A DNA stretch of 64,000 bases from an uncultured Eubacteriales bacterium (GCA_964607705.1 CAZSLI010000002.1:2791-66790), one strand, 5' to 3'. Shown: positions 10,104-22,992, counted from the stretch's first letter. The notes: generated by a model from the sequence alone, not told the origin. Translations and numbers: made by a program.

Positions 10104-10850
10104 CTAGATCTCCCAGTACCAGCCCTCTGCCTCGACGCGAATAGGCTCTCTTTGCGGTGAAGGAGCAGCGTCTACCGGACAGATCTCTCCGTCGATGCCG
10201 ATGTCCTCGGCAGGCGTCTTCTCGGGCGCCAAATTGCGCTCGACCCGGTCGAGCCGGCGCGTGAGGCAGCGGAACATCTCGACCACCGGGTCGGGCAAGT
10301 CCTCGTGGTGCAGGTCGATCGCCTCCACCCGCTCGCCGGCTCTCACCACGACCCGTCCGGGCACGCCCACGACCGTGCTGTTGGGCGGGACATCGTCGAT
10401 CACGACGGCGCCACCACCGACCTTGCTTCCGTGCCCTACCGTGATATTTCCAAGTACAGAAGCGCCCACACCTACGACGACACAGTCCTCGAGCGTCGGG
10501 TGGCGCTTTCCCGATTCCTTGCCGGTACCGCCGAGAGTGACACCCTGATACAGGGTCACGTCGTCCCCGATGATCGTCGTCTCACCGATCACGACACCCA
10601 TACCGTGATCGATGAAGAAACCCTCGCCGATGGTGGCACCGGGATGTATCTCGATTCCGGTGAACCAGCGGGCCGCTTGCGAGCCGAAGCGCGCGAGACC
10701 GTGCCGCCCATGTGACCACAGCCAGTGGTTGATTCGATGCGCCCAGGTCGCGTGGAGTCCCGGATAGTTGATCAGGACGCTGGCGGTCGATGTCGCAGCG
10801 GGATCGCGCTCTCGAACGGCGCGTATGTCGTCACGCATGCGGTTGAACAT
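10104..10850 (-). CDS. cysE: serine O-acetyltransferase
   Basis: An inner ATG gives [19 protein letters not shown]... followed by left-handed hexapeptide repeats ([28 protein letters not shown]). The long C-terminal tail ends in Ile, as in SATs that dock into CysK. Confidence 0.9.
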   Translation of the reverse strand: MFNRMRDDIRAVRERDPAATSTASVLINYPGLHATWAHRINHWLWSHGRHGLARFGSQAARWFTGIEIHPGATIGEGFFIDHGMGVVIGETTIIGDDVTLYQGVTLGGTGKESGKRHPTLEDCVVVGVGASVLGNITVGHGSKVGGGAVVIDDVPPNSTVVGVPGRVVVRAGERVEAIDLHHEDLPDPVVEMFRCLTRRLDRVERNLAPEKTPAEDIGIDGEICPVDAAPSPQREPIRVEAEGWYWEI

Positions 10851-10925
10851 CCCCGCCTGCCCTTTCCGGTCACGTCGGATCGCGCCGTTAGGGCGCCGCA
10901 CCAGTCTAGCAGGACAGTTACCCGT

Positions 10926-11405
10926 TCACGCCCTGTCGAGAAGCACCACTGCGTAGGCAGCGACTCCCTCGGATCGGCCTTCGAAGCCCAAGCCCTCTGT
11001 GGTAGTCGCCTTGACCCCCACGCAGTCGACGTCGACTTGAAGCGCCCCTGCGAGACGCGCACGCATCTGTGCCCGATGGGGCGCGATCTTCGGCTGTTCG
11101 AGCACCAGCACGCAGTCAGCGTCGATCAAACGGTAGCCCCGGTCGCGCATGAGGGCACCCACCGAAGCGAGGAGATCTATCGAGTCGGCTCCGGCGTACG
11201 CAGGATCGGTGTCCGGGAACAGCTTGCCGATGTCCCCCTCACGAAGTGCCCCGACGATAGCATCCATGAGGGCGTGCGCAAGGACGTCGGCGTCGGAGTG
11301 ACCGAGCAGCCCTCGCTCGTGATCGATCCTCACGCCGCCGAGTATCAGCGGCCGGTCCGCGGCGAAGGCGTGCACGTCGTAACCCATGCCAACACGCATC
11401 GTCAC
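10926..11405 (-). CDS. ispF: 2-C-methyl-D-erythritol 2,4-cyclodiphosphate synthase
   Basis: 159 aa. Contains GMGYDVHAF...GHSDADVLAHAL...DIGKLFPDTDP, the IspF signature. Confidence 0.95.
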   Translation of the reverse strand: MTMRVGMGYDVHAFAADRPLILGGVRIDHERGLLGHSDADVLAHALMDAIVGALREGDIGKLFPDTDPAYAGADSIDLLASVGALMRDRGYRLIDADCVLVLEQPKIAPHRAQMRARLAGALQVDVDCVGVKATTTEGLGFEGRSEGVAAYAVVLLDRA

Positions 11406-12115
11406 TCGCCCTCTCTCCGACGACCCAACGCAGCCTGAACGAAAGCAAGGTCCTCGGGGACCGTCACCTTTATGTTGTCACGCGGTCCCTCGACGACTAT
11501 CACGGGGCGGCCGTCCCACTCGAGCAAGGACGCATCGTCTGTGCCGGTGAACCCCTCGGATGCAGCGCGCACATGCGCGGCAACCAGGTCCGCCCGCACG
11601 AACGTCTGGGGGGTCTGCACCGCCCAGTAGAGTGCGCGATCGGGCGTCTCCACGACCCGGCCCCCTTCGACGACCTTCAACGTGTCGAAGGAGGGATGCG
11701 CTACGATGGCGCCCGACGCGCCGGAATCAAGAAGCTTCACGATCGTTCGCCGGGCGAGATCGGGCGTCACGAGCGGACGCGCGCCGTCGTGCACCAGCAC
11801 GACCTCGACTTCAGGAGGGAGTTGCTGCAAGCCTGACATGACCGACTGCTGTCGCGTCGACCCCGACGGGGCCAGGACGACCGGCGTCGACAGGGCGAGC
11901 GGCTCGATCGCCTCGGCGAGGTACTCGGACTGCCTCTCTTCAGGACAGACGACGATGAGTAGCTTTACGTCAGGCACTGCGTCCATCGCCCGCAACGCCC
12001 AAGACAGCACCGGCCAGCCCGCGACGGTAGCGAGCTGCTTCCCACCCTCGCGTCCGTATCGCTCCCCGCTCCCGCCCGCGACCACGATCGCTGCAGCCAT
12101 CGCTGTCGCGCTCAC
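11402..12115 (-). CDS. ispD: 2-C-methyl-D-erythritol 4-phosphate cytidylyltransferase
   Basis: 237 aa. VVAGGSGERYG...KQL P-loop-like motif and VLVHDGARP. 4-nt overlap with ispF. Confidence 0.93.
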   Translation of the reverse strand: MSATAMAAAIVVAGGSGERYGREGGKQLATVAGWPVLSWALRAMDAVPDVKLLIVVCPEERQSEYLAEAIEPLALSTPVVLAPSGSTRQQSVMSGLQQLPPEVEVVLVHDGARPLVTPDLARRTIVKLLDSGASGAIVAHPSFDTLKVVEGGRVVETPDRALYWAVQTPQTFVRADLVAAHVRAASEGFTGTDDASLLEWDGRPVIVVEGPRDNIKVTVPEDLAFVQAALGRRREGE

Positions 12116-13212
12116 GCGTCCCCCTCATCGGCCCGCTCGCTTCCGGCGTCCTCGGCGTTCAGCAGGCCGGTCGCTGCCGGACGGCCGAAGATCATGCGGC
12201 CAGCCGATGTCTGAAGCACCGACGTCACCTCGACATCTGCTTCCTGGCCGATGGCGGGTTTGCCCTCAGCGACGACCACCATGGTGCCGTCCTCGAGGTA
12301 GCCGACGCCCTGACCCGCTTCCTTGCCGGCCTTGGCGATGCGGATACGCAACTGGTCGCCGGGGAGGAAGTTGGGACGCAGGGCCCCAGCCGCTTCGTTG
12401 AGGTTGAGGACTGTGATGCCCCGCACGCGGGCCACCTTGGTCAGGTTGTAGTCCACCGTGACGATGGACGCGTCCGAGTCGACCGCGAGACGCATAAGCT
12501 TGTCGTCCACGGTGGGAAGTTCGGGATAGTCGATCTCGACAACCCCGACCGCCTGGTCCTCCGGCAAGGTGGCCAGCAGGTCAAGGCCCCGACGACCGCG
12601 CGCACGTTTGGTGTCATCGGCGCTGTCGGACAGCGTGTGAAGCTCCGCCAGCACGAACCGGGGGACGCGCGGCATCCCGGGCATGAAGCCCGATCGGCGA
12701 AGCTCGGTGAAGCGGCCGTCGATTATGGCGCTCGTGTCGAGCACGACGAGACGGGCCTCTCTTGGCAGCATGTCGGTCGGCGCGAACTTCGGGAAGATCG
12801 CTACGAACTCGCGTCGGCGAGTCAGCGCGATGACCACACCGACGTAGCCGGAAACGACGACTATCGCAGCGGACAGAGTAATCGCGAGGGAGGCCGGCTC
12901 GAGCATGCGCAGTGGTTGCGATGCCAGGAACGCGACAAGGAGGCCGACGAGTAGTCCGATGGCCCCGAGGATCACGTCCACACCGGCGAGTTCCGAGATA
13001 CGAGCCTCTGCGCGGGACCACGCTAGTGACAACTCCCGGCCGACAATCCCGCCGAGAACGAAACCGATCGCGCCTCCAAGAATGACGAAAAGAAAGATGA
13101 CGTATGAGCGATCGAGTCCGAGTTGCGTCTGCCAGTCGACAGACTGAGTCACCACGTAGCCGCCCAGGAGCCCCGCCGCGACTAGCACGAAACGGGTGAT
13201 CGCCTGGATCAT
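12112..13212 (-). CDS. membrane-anchored PIN/TRAM-domain protein, YacL family
   Basis: 366 aa. Four N-terminal TM segments, a PIN domain (VLDTSAIIDGR) and a C-terminal TRAM-like beta region. Same position as Bacillus yacL, between disA and ispD. Confidence 0.85.
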   Translation of the reverse strand: MIQAITRFVLVAAGLLGGYVVTQSVDWQTQLGLDRSYVIFLFVILGGAIGFVLGGIVGRELSLAWSRAEARISELAGVDVILGAIGLLVGLLVAFLASQPLRMLEPASLAITLSAAIVVVSGYVGVVIALTRRREFVAIFPKFAPTDMLPREARLVVLDTSAIIDGRFTELRRSGFMPGMPRVPRFVLAELHTLSDSADDTKRARGRRGLDLLATLPEDQAVGVVEIDYPELPTVDDKLMRLAVDSDASIVTVDYNLTKVARVRGITVLNLNEAAGALRPNFLPGDQLRIRIAKAGKEAGQGVGYLEDGTMVVVAEGKPAIGQEADVEVTSVLQTSAGRMIFGRPAATGLLNAEDAGSERADEGDA

Positions 13213-13334
13213 ACGAATGGCGAAGACGGCACAGTTACCGCCGCGCCCTCACCTCCTTCGCCGCCGCCTCTGCAGCGGATCGGTTCCCCTACCAGCGATG
13301 ATACCACGTGGGGTACTCGCGAGCTGTGCGGGTG

Positions 13335-14369
13335 TCAGACGGAGACGTGTGCCTTGACGCGAGCGAGGCCCGCATGGATCGCCCGCGCGCGGCGCTCACC
13401 GATACCATCGACGGAGTCCAGGTCGGGGATGCTGGCTCTGGAAATCTCCACGAGGCTGCCGAATCTCTCGACGATCCTGGCCACGACGCTGGCCGGCAGC
13501 ATGGGGATCAAGGCGAGGGCTCGGTAGCCCCTGGCGCGGATGTGCTGCTCGGCGTGCTCGGCCGTCGCGAGGCTCAGCTCGTGCGCGATCGACTCAGGCT
13601 CGAACAGGCGGTCGGGCGGTAGTTCTGCGAGTCGCTCCCTGACTTGAGCGGCACGCCGCGCGCCGGGCTCATCGGCGTAGTCCCGGATGACAAGCGCGTA
13701 CTGCTCGGTGACAGCAGCGGTCAACTCGTCGGTCTGCATGCGGATGAGCCTACCCTCGGTGCCCAGCTCCCCGGTGTAGCGGTTGACCTCGCGCTGCACC
13801 CGGCGAAGCATCTCGAAGCGGCCGAGGACTTCCGTGACGTCACCGAGGGTCACAAGATCCTCGAACTCGAGCACCATGAGACGCTCGAGCATCTCGTCGA
13901 GCCGTTGGCGGTAGTTCTGAAGGGCCTGGAGCGCCTGGTTCGCCTTCGCCAGAAGCACCTCGATGTCCTCGAGTGTCAGACGGCGACCCTGCAAGTAGAG
14001 GTTGACCACGTTGCGGCGCTGGGAGATCGCAATGGCGAGCGCCTCCGTCTGCCGGCTCACCCGCTCGGCCGTACGGTGCCGCATGCCGGTCTCGCTTGTC
14101 GGCAAGTCTGCATCAGGGACGAGGTGAACGTTCGCTCTGAGGATACGGTCGCAGTCGCCATCGAGAACGATCGCGCCGTCCATCTTGGCGAGTTCGAACA
14201 GGCGCTGTGGGGTGAACGGCATGTCGATGACGAAGCCGCCGTTGCAGAGCGGCTCGAGCGTGGCGATGTCGCCGACGACGATGAGTGCCCCGCTCCTGGC
14301 TGAGATGAGCATATCGAGCGCCTCGCGCAAACGGGTGCCCGGCGCAACCTTGCGCAGTTCGGCCGTCAT
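13335..14369 (-). CDS. disA: DNA integrity scanning protein / diadenylate cyclase DisA
   Basis: The inner ATG (14367-14369) gives MTAELRKVAPGTRLREALDMLISARSGALIVVGD..., the DAC domain (DGAIVLD, GMRHRTAERVS), a linker and a C-terminal helix-hairpin-helix (IDGIGERRARAI). The upstream 120 codons of the track ORF are Arg/Pro-rich junk. Confidence 0.92.
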   Translation of the reverse strand: MTAELRKVAPGTRLREALDMLISARSGALIVVGDIATLEPLCNGGFVIDMPFTPQRLFELAKMDGAIVLDGDCDRILRANVHLVPDADLPTSETGMRHRTAERVSRQTEALAIAISQRRNVVNLYLQGRRLTLEDIEVLLAKANQALQALQNYRQRLDEMLERLMVLEFEDLVTLGDVTEVLGRFEMLRRVQREVNRYTGELGTEGRLIRMQTDELTAAVTEQYALVIRDYADEPGARRAAQVRERLAELPPDRLFEPESIAHELSLATAEHAEQHIRARGYRALALIPMLPASVVARIVERFGSLVEISRASIPDLDSVDGIGERRARAIHAGLARVKAHVSV

Positions 14370-14496
14370 GGCCTCGCTCACTCCTGGTCGGCCTTCAGCC
14401 ACGTGCCCCTCCTCGGTATGCGCTCTCGATGAGTCGCATTCTGCCAGAACCCGTGCGTCCGACGAAATCTCGCGCCCGCCGAGTATGCCCGGCGGC

Positions 14497-15849
14497 TCAG
14501 AGCCCCGCTTCGCGCAGGGCGTCCCCCACGGTCGCGACGCGCAGCAGCCGCGCGGCGCCGTCCTCGGACCGGCCTCCCGAGCCGGTGAGCACCGTCGTGA
14601 AGCCCAAGCGAGTGGCCTCATTGGCCCGAGCGGCCGCCTGAGGCACCGGGCGCACATGACCGGTGAGTCCGATCTCGCCGAAGGCCGCAAGCCCGACCGG
14701 CACCGGTCTGTCGGTGCGTGCCGACGCCAGGGCAAGGGCCAACGGCAGGTCCACTGCCGGCTCGCTCACGCGGACGCCGCCCGCAACCGAGACGAGCACG
14801 TCGAGGCCTCCGAACGACAGAGAGGCTCGGCGCTCGAGAACGGCGAGGACCTGCAGGAGACGGGCGGTGTCGATGCCAGTCGCCAATCGGCGCGGCGCGG
14901 GGAGATAGGTCGGAGTCACGAGGGCCTGCACCTCCACGAGCAGCGGTCGGGTGCCCTCCATCATCGCCATCACCGCCGACCCGGGAACGCTGTCGGTGCG
15001 CTCCGCGAGCAGCGCGGACGAAGGAGACTCCACCGCGATGAGCCCATCGACCGTCATCTCGAAGATGCCGAGCTCGCTCGATGAGCCGAAACGATTCTTG
15101 ACCGACCTGACGATGCGGAACGCGTGGTCCCGGTCGCCCTCGAAATAGAGCACGGCGTCGACCATGTGCTCGAGCACCCGTGGGCCGGCGATCGCGCCCT
15201 CCTTGGTGACATGCCCGACGATGAGGGTGGTCACTCCGAGGTCCTTGGCAATGCGCATGAGGCGGGCGGTGCAGGCACGGACCTGCCCGACGCTTCCGGG
15301 GGCGCCACCCAACTCGGGATCGAAGGCCGTCTGAATGGAGTCGAGCACCAGCACCCCCGGTCGACTCTCGCGCACAGCCGCCTCGACGGCAGTGACGTCG
15401 AGCTCCGGCAACAGCCGGACCTTCTCGGAGGCGGCACCCAACCGACGCGCCCGAAGGCCGATCTGCTGCGGAGACTCCTCGCCGCACACGTACAGCACGT
15501 CGGTTCCCTGCCGAGCGATGCGTTCGGCCGCTTGGAGGAGCAATGTCGACTTGCCTATGCCGGGTTCCCCACCTAAGAGCACGAGCGAGCCGGACACGAG
15601 GCCGCCGCCGAGCACACGGTCGAGCTCATCGATGCCGGTCGGTTGCCGCTTCGCCTCGTCCACTCCCACCTCGGAGAGGGGCACTGCGACTGCAGGCGCA
15701 CGAGCAGCCCGCGACCCGGAGGCCGCAGGCTGCTCGATCTCTTCTACGAATGTGCCGAACTCGCCGCACTCAGCGCAGCGCCCGATCCAGCGGGGCGAAC
15801 TGGCCCCACAGACCTGACACCGCCACGTGGTGCGCGGCTTTGCCGCCAC
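14497..15849 (-). CDS. radA: DNA repair protein RadA/Sms
   Basis: 450 aa. Zinc ribbon CQVCGASSPRWIGRCAECG, Walker A GGEPGIGKST, KNRFG motif and a Lon-protease-like C-terminus. Confidence 0.97.
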   Translation of the reverse strand: MAAKPRTTWRCQVCGASSPRWIGRCAECGEFGTFVEEIEQPAASGSRAARAPAVAVPLSEVGVDEAKRQPTGIDELDRVLGGGLVSGSLVLLGGEPGIGKSTLLLQAAERIARQGTDVLYVCGEESPQQIGLRARRLGAASEKVRLLPELDVTAVEAAVRESRPGVLVLDSIQTAFDPELGGAPGSVGQVRACTARLMRIAKDLGVTTLIVGHVTKEGAIAGPRVLEHMVDAVLYFEGDRDHAFRIVRSVKNRFGSSSELGIFEMTVDGLIAVESPSSALLAERTDSVPGSAVMAMMEGTRPLLVEVQALVTPTYLPAPRRLATGIDTARLLQVLAVLERRASLSFGGLDVLVSVAGGVRVSEPAVDLPLALALASARTDRPVPVGLAAFGEIGLTGHVRPVPQAAARANEATRLGFTTVLTGSGGRSEDGAARLLRVATVGDALREAGL

Positions 15850-15851
15850 CC

Positions 15852-18407
<2,556 letters not shown>

Positions 18408-18528
18408 GGAACGCTCCCCTTGGACCCGACGGCTGCGAAAGAGCCGGTTGATTACTACGGCGAGTATACCCGTCGCTTCGGACACCGAAGGCGGGTTGGC
18501 GCTGTAGAAAGCAAGGAAAGTGCCACCA

Positions 18529-18551
18529 ATCTGAGTGCGATGCGCTCAGAT
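18529..18551 (-). terminator. hairpin between lysS and clpC
   Basis: ATCTGAGTGC-gat-GCGCTCAGAT (one G-U pair) 16 nt after the lysS stop. The T run lies on the plus-strand side and an A run on the minus side, so its function on the minus strand is uncertain. Confidence 0.3.
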
Positions 18552-18566
18552 TTTCGGGCGGGTCGC

Positions 18567-20066
18567 CTAGGCCTCGGGCCGCATATGCGGGAAGAGCAGC
18601 ACGTCGCGGATGCTGGGCGAGTCAGTGAGCAGCATGACGAGGCGGTCGATGCCGATGCCGAGCCCACCGGCGGGCGGCATGCCGTACTCCTGTGCCCTGA
18701 GGTAGTCCTCGTCGACCCACATCGCCTCGTCGTCACCAGCATCCTTGGCGGCCGCCTGCGCCTCGAAGCGACCTCGCTGATCGATCGGATCGACCAACTC
18801 AGAGAATGCGTTGGCGAACTCACGCCCCGTGACGATGAGCTCGAACCTGTCGGTCAGCTCGGGGTCTTCATCGTTGCGCCGGGCAAGCGGAGACGTCTCA
18901 GCGGGGTGCATGGTGACGAAGGTCGGCTCGATCAGGGCGTGCTCGGCCAGCTTCTCGAACAGCTCGGTCAGCAGCTTCCCGGGACCCCACGAATCCTCGA
19001 TCGGCACCTCGTGCTTTGCGCACTCGGCCCGCAACTCGTCGAGCGGCGTGTGAACCGAGAGCTCGCGGCCGGCCTTCTCGGAGGTGAGCTCGGCCATGGT
19101 CGCGCGGCGCCATGGCGAGCGCAGCGACACCGGCGTCCCCTGGTATTGGAAGTCCAGCGTGCCGAGAACCTCCTCGGCGGCATTCGTGATGATGCCCTCG
19201 GTGAGCTCCATCATCGACTGCATGTTCCCGTACGCCTGATAGGCCTCGAGCATGGTGAACTCAGGGTTATGGCGAGGGCTCATCCCCTCGTTGCGGAACG
19301 AGCGGTTGATCTCGTACACGCGCTCGAAGCCGCCGACGAGGAGGCGCTTGAGATAGAGCTCGGGCGCGATCCGCAGATACAGGGGCATGTCGAGGGCGTT
19401 GTGATGCGTGATGAACGGCTTGGCCGTAGCCCCGCCCGGAATCGGCTGCAGCATGGGCGTCTCGACCTCGAAGTAGCCCTGCGACTCCATGTACCGCCGG
19501 ATTGCGGCGATGACCTTGAAACGAGTCTCGAAAACGGTACGGACCTCGGGGTTGGCGATCAGGTCGACGTAGCGCTGGCGGTAGCGGGTCTCGGTGTCCG
19601 AGAGCCCGTGATACTTCTCGGGAAGTGGGCGCAGCGACTTGGACAGCAAGGTGACCGAAGAAGGCTGCACTGAGAGCTCGCCTCGGCGAGAACGGAGCAC
19701 GACGCCCGTGGCGCCCACCCAGTCGCCGAGGTCGAGCGACTTCACCGCTTCGAATGCCTCATCGCCGAGCACGTTCACCCGACAGAAGAGCTGCATCTCG
19801 CCGGTCGCATCCCTGAGGACCAGGAACGCCATCTTGCCCTGGTCGCGCCTTGCGACCAGACGGCCAGCGATCGTCACGACGTCCTCGGTCTCGGCCCCCG
19901 GCTCAAGCGAACTGTACCGCTCCGCCAACGCCGCGGTGCGATCGGTGACGTCGAAACCGTTCACGTAGGGTTCGCGGCCCTCGGCACGCAGCGAATCGAG
20001 CTTCGCGCGGCGGACGAGTAGTGGGTCGTCCTCGGGGATCTCCGCGGAGCGCGGCTCGTCGGTCAT
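18567..20066 (-). CDS. lysS: lysine--tRNA ligase (class II)
   Basis: 499 aa. An OB-fold anticodon-binding N-terminus, then FRNEGMSPRHNPEFTMLE and GGLGIGIDRLVMLL class II motifs. Confidence 0.97.
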   Translation of the reverse strand: MTDEPRSAEIPEDDPLLVRRAKLDSLRAEGREPYVNGFDVTDRTAALAERYSSLEPGAETEDVVTIAGRLVARRDQGKMAFLVLRDATGEMQLFCRVNVLGDEAFEAVKSLDLGDWVGATGVVLRSRRGELSVQPSSVTLLSKSLRPLPEKYHGLSDTETRYRQRYVDLIANPEVRTVFETRFKVIAAIRRYMESQGYFEVETPMLQPIPGGATAKPFITHHNALDMPLYLRIAPELYLKRLLVGGFERVYEINRSFRNEGMSPRHNPEFTMLEAYQAYGNMQSMMELTEGIITNAAEEVLGTLDFQYQGTPVSLRSPWRRATMAELTSEKAGRELSVHTPLDELRAECAKHEVPIEDSWGPGKLLTELFEKLAEHALIEPTFVTMHPAETSPLARRNDEDPELTDRFELIVTGREFANAFSELVDPIDQRGRFEAQAAAKDAGDDEAMWVDEDYLRAQEYGMPPAGGLGIGIDRLVMLLTDSPSIRDVLLFPHMRPEA

Positions 20067-20072
20067 CGGTGG

Positions 20073-20549
20073 CTAGCGGGAGATCTTCAGGATCTCGTAG
20101 TCGATGACGCTGCCGCGAGGAGTGGTCACCTTGACGACCTCGCCCTTCTTATGGCCCATGATGGCCTGGCCGACCGGCGATTCGTTGCTGATGCGGTCGT
20201 GAGTAGGGTCCGCCTCGGCGGAGCCGACCACCTGATACTTGTGCACGTCGCCGGTCTCAACGTCCTTGATCTCAACGTGGCAGCCGAGTGCGACCTTGGT
20301 GGGTGCACTCTTAGGCGCATCGATGATCGTGGCATGCGCGAGGATCTGGCCGATCTCGATGATCCGGCTTTCGACCCAGGCCTGCTCGTTCTTGGCATCG
20401 TCGTACTCGGAGTTCTCGGAGATATCTCCGAACTCCTTGGCTTCCTTGATGCGCTCTCCGACCTCGCGGCGGCGAACCGTCTCAAGATGAAGGAGCTCCT
20501 GCTCGAGCTTCGCCTGCCCTTCGGGCGTCAGCGCGATCTCTTTGTGCAT
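20073..20549 (-). CDS. greA: transcription elongation factor GreA
   Basis: The inner ATG (20547-20549) gives MHKEIALTPEGQAKLEQEL...FGDISENSEYDDAKNEQ, the GreA coiled-coil acidic tip, plus the C-terminal FKBP-like domain. Confidence 0.95.
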   Translation of the reverse strand: MHKEIALTPEGQAKLEQELLHLETVRRREVGERIKEAKEFGDISENSEYDDAKNEQAWVESRIIEIGQILAHATIIDAPKSAPTKVALGCHVEIKDVETGDVHKYQVVGSAEADPTHDRISNESPVGQAIMGHKKGEVVKVTTPRGSVIDYEILKISR

Positions 20550-20650
20550 CCGACCTGCTCCCGTCAGTCGCCCCGTTCTCACGCCGAGGCTTGGCGGTAA
20601 CGGTACGGGCTGCCCGATGTCGAGGGCAGCCCGCCGAAAATGTCCACGAA

Positions 20651-20678
20651 AGTATAGCCGATGCTTCCCCGCTGGCAA
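20651..20678 (-). promoter_or_regulatory. candidate sigma-70 promoter for greA-lysS
   Basis: The minus strand reads TTGCCA (20673-20678), a 16-nt spacer, then TATACT (20651-20656). A 9-bp hairpin (GGGCTGCCC...GGGCAGCCC) lies in the leader before greA. Confidence 0.4.
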
Positions 20679-20743
20679 GCCGCAGTATCGAGCGGGCTTG
20701 CGAACCGGGAGGGTCGAGCCGAGACGCGGCTCGGAAGCCCTTG

Positions 20744-20983
20744 CTAGGACTTGGCCTCGGTCTTGGATTCGGCCTTGGCCTCGGCCTTCACTTCGGCGTC
20801 GCCGGTAACAGAACCGGCCTCTTCCTCATCGACGCCCTCGAGCTTGCCGTCGATGCCTTCACGCACGTTACGCATCGTCTTACCGAGCATCTTGCCGAGC
20901 TGAGGCAGCCGCTTGGGGCCGAACAGGATCAGCACGATGACCAGAACGATGGCAAGTTCCTGCCAGCCGATGCTACGAAACAT
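20744..20983 (-). CDS. tatA: twin-arginine translocase subunit TatA/E
   Basis: 79 aa. MFRSIGWQELAIVLVIVLILFGPKRLPQLGK is the TatA TM plus amphipathic-helix signature. Acidic/Lys-rich tail. Confidence 0.85.
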   Translation of the reverse strand: MFRSIGWQELAIVLVIVLILFGPKRLPQLGKMLGKTMRNVREGIDGKLEGVDEEEAGSVTGDAEVKAEAKAESKTEAKS

Positions 20984-21065
20984 ATTCGTACGACCTCCAT
21001 GTCGCTTTCATTACGGCCGATACCGGTCGGCCGGGCGGACGCCGTTGGGTAGCGTACCACCAGTG

Positions 21066-21773
21066 TCAGGCACTCGCCACGCCCTCTGCGCGCGACAAGT
21101 AGTACAGCGTATGAAGCAGCTCACGCACCGGATCGGTGTTGTGCAGCGTCACGTCGGATGGAACGGTCACGAAGGCCGGCGAGTAGTTGAGTATCACCCG
21201 GATGCCAGCCAGGCAGAGGCGGTCCGCCGCCTGCTGTGCGCCTTCGGGTGGAACCGCGACGACACCGAACCGGATCCCTTGTTCAGCAACGACTCGGCCC
21301 AACTCGGCGACGTCCCGGACGATGATGTCGCCGACCCTGCTCCCAATCTTCTTCGGATCATTGTCAAAGAGTCCCGCGACGATGAACCCGCGGGCCCTCA
21401 AGCCATCGTAGCTCGCAATAGCCGAGCCAAGATTGCCCGCACCAACGATCGCGATGCGATGGGCATGGTCCGAGCCGAGGATTCTTTGGATGCGATCGAC
21501 CAGTAAGCTGATGTCGTAGCCTACCCCGCGCTTGCCGAACTGCCCGAAGTAGGCAAGGTCCCGCCGTATCTGCGCGGCATTGACCTCGGTGAGCTCTGAA
21601 AGACGCGCCGAGGAAACGGTCTGGTCGCCCTCGCCCCTGAGGTGAAGCAAGGCGTTGAGATACTGCGGTAGTCTCTCGATGACGCCTTGCGGTATGCGCT
21701 GTTTAGTCGTGCCGTTGAGGCTCACTTCATCCTCGAATCGCTGCCGGACGATTCGTCGCGCATATCGTAACAA
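21066..21773 (-). CDS. rex: redox-sensing transcriptional repressor Rex
   Basis: 235 aa. IERLPQYLNALLHL...VSSARLSEL...AAQIRRDLAYFGQFGKRGVGY winged helix, then the Rossmann motif IAIVGAGNLGSAIA. Confidence 0.9.
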   Translation of the reverse strand: MLRYARRIVRQRFEDEVSLNGTTKQRIPQGVIERLPQYLNALLHLRGEGDQTVSSARLSELTEVNAAQIRRDLAYFGQFGKRGVGYDISLLVDRIQRILGSDHAHRIAIVGAGNLGSAIASYDGLRARGFIVAGLFDNDPKKIGSRVGDIIVRDVAELGRVVAEQGIRFGVVAVPPEGAQQAADRLCLAGIRVILNYSPAFVTVPSDVTLHNTDPVRELLHTLYYLSRAEGVASA

Positions 21774-21838
21774 CTGTTACAAAGTCGGACAACCCAGGAG
21801 CCGGGTTTTCTCGATTCCAGGCCGTGGCGAACTAAGGC

Positions 21839-22966
21839 TCAGCGATCCCGCGCCGCCTGAAGGACGTCGATGACGTCGGACCGCGTGACGATGCCGGTCA
21901 GACGGCCCTCCCCCACCACGAGGAGCGCCCCGGGGCGATCGCCCGCCAGGCGGGCGATCACGGCGTCGACAGGCGCATCCTGAGAGACGACAAGCCGCTG
22001 AAGGTCTCGGTCTGCCACATCGATGGTCTTCACGAACGGCCATTCCGTTCGAGCCACCGCCTTGACGTCCGGCAGCGTGACCAACCCGACGATACTGCCG
22101 TGGTGGATAACCGGGTACCTGCTGTGAGGCTTGCCGAGGAAATGCTCGTTGACCAGGTCCTCGAGCGGCTGTTCTCCATCAACGTACTCGGGGGACGGCG
22201 TCATGATGCTGCTCACCGTCAGTCCCTCGATGCTCGACTTCAGTAGCTGCTGGCGGTACGCCTGACCGGCGAGCGACGCGATGAACCAACCCACGAGCCC
22301 GAACCATATCAAGCCGACGTCACCGCTCAGAACCCTGACGATCGCCAAGACGACCATCGACCAGCCGATGACCTGTCCCACCCTGACCGCCCACTTGGTC
22401 GCACGAAGGAGGTCCCCTGTGATGCCCCAGAGGATCGAGCGCAATACGCGACCGCCGTCGAGCGGGAAGCCGGGTAGTAGATTGAATAGCGCGACTACGA
22501 AGTTGATACCGGCGAGGTACTGAAGCGGTGCCCATATCCACCACGGCGCACCACGGCTCACCGTGAGGGCAAAGCCCATGAAGGCCAGCAATGCGAGCAC
22601 CAGGCTCATGCCCGGCCCGGCCGCTGCCATCAGGAACTCGCGACCGGGCGTCTCAGGCTCTTGGTCGATCTCGGCCACGCCGCCGAATATGAACAGCGTG
22701 ATCTTGTCGACGTGCCCTCCTTCGGCACGGGCCACCAGTGAATGACAGAGTTCGTGGGCGAGTATCGATGCAAAGAACAGCAGCGCCGTGATGGAGCCGA
22801 CCAAGTAATGAAGCCACGGCCGGCTTCCCGACGCAGCAGGCAGCGACGGAAAATAGGTGCCACCAAGCGCGAACGAGACGAGGCCGAAGATCACGAGCCA
22901 CGTCAGGTTGACCTCTATCGGAATCCCGAAGAGCTTGCCGAGCCTGACGGATGGTATGTCGAACAT
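21839..22966 (-). CDS. site-2 (M50) metalloprotease with tandem CBS domains
   Basis: The inner ATG gives MFDIPSVRLGKLFGIPIEV... Contains HELCHSLVA (HExxH), NLLPGFPLDGGRV and two C-terminal CBS repeats. Confidence 0.85.
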   Translation of the reverse strand: MFDIPSVRLGKLFGIPIEVNLTWLVIFGLVSFALGGTYFPSLPAASGSRPWLHYLVGSITALLFFASILAHELCHSLVARAEGGHVDKITLFIFGGVAEIDQEPETPGREFLMAAAGPGMSLVLALLAFMGFALTVSRGAPWWIWAPLQYLAGINFVVALFNLLPGFPLDGGRVLRSILWGITGDLLRATKWAVRVGQVIGWSMVVLAIVRVLSGDVGLIWFGLVGWFIASLAGQAYRQQLLKSSIEGLTVSSIMTPSPEYVDGEQPLEDLVNEHFLGKPHSRYPVIHHGSIVGLVTLPDVKAVARTEWPFVKTIDVADRDLQRLVVSQDAPVDAVIARLAGDRPGALLVVGEGRLTGIVTRSDVIDVLQAARDR

Positions 22967-22992
22967 CGCGCGTGCAGCCCGCCCCTGAAGGC

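Noticed and set aside
10851-10925. Possible T-box leader upstream of cysE-cysS (as in Bacillus) or an L-box upstream of lysS.
   Set aside because: Only about 75 nt separate ispF and cysE, and 6 nt separate greA and lysS. That is far too short for these riboswitches, and no specifier or antiterminator structure is visible.
18408-18566. CtsR operator (GGTCAAA direct repeat) or ClgR box upstream of clpC.
   Set aside because: I found no GGTCAAA-like tandem repeat or obvious palindrome in the 160-nt leader. ctsR, mcsA and mcsB are also absent from the locus.
20744-20810. Repetitive GCCTTGGCCTCGGCCTT-type DNA at the 3' end of tatA.
   Set aside because: It simply encodes the low-complexity (K/E/A) tail KAEAKAESKTEAKS of TatA. 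It is not an independent repeat element.
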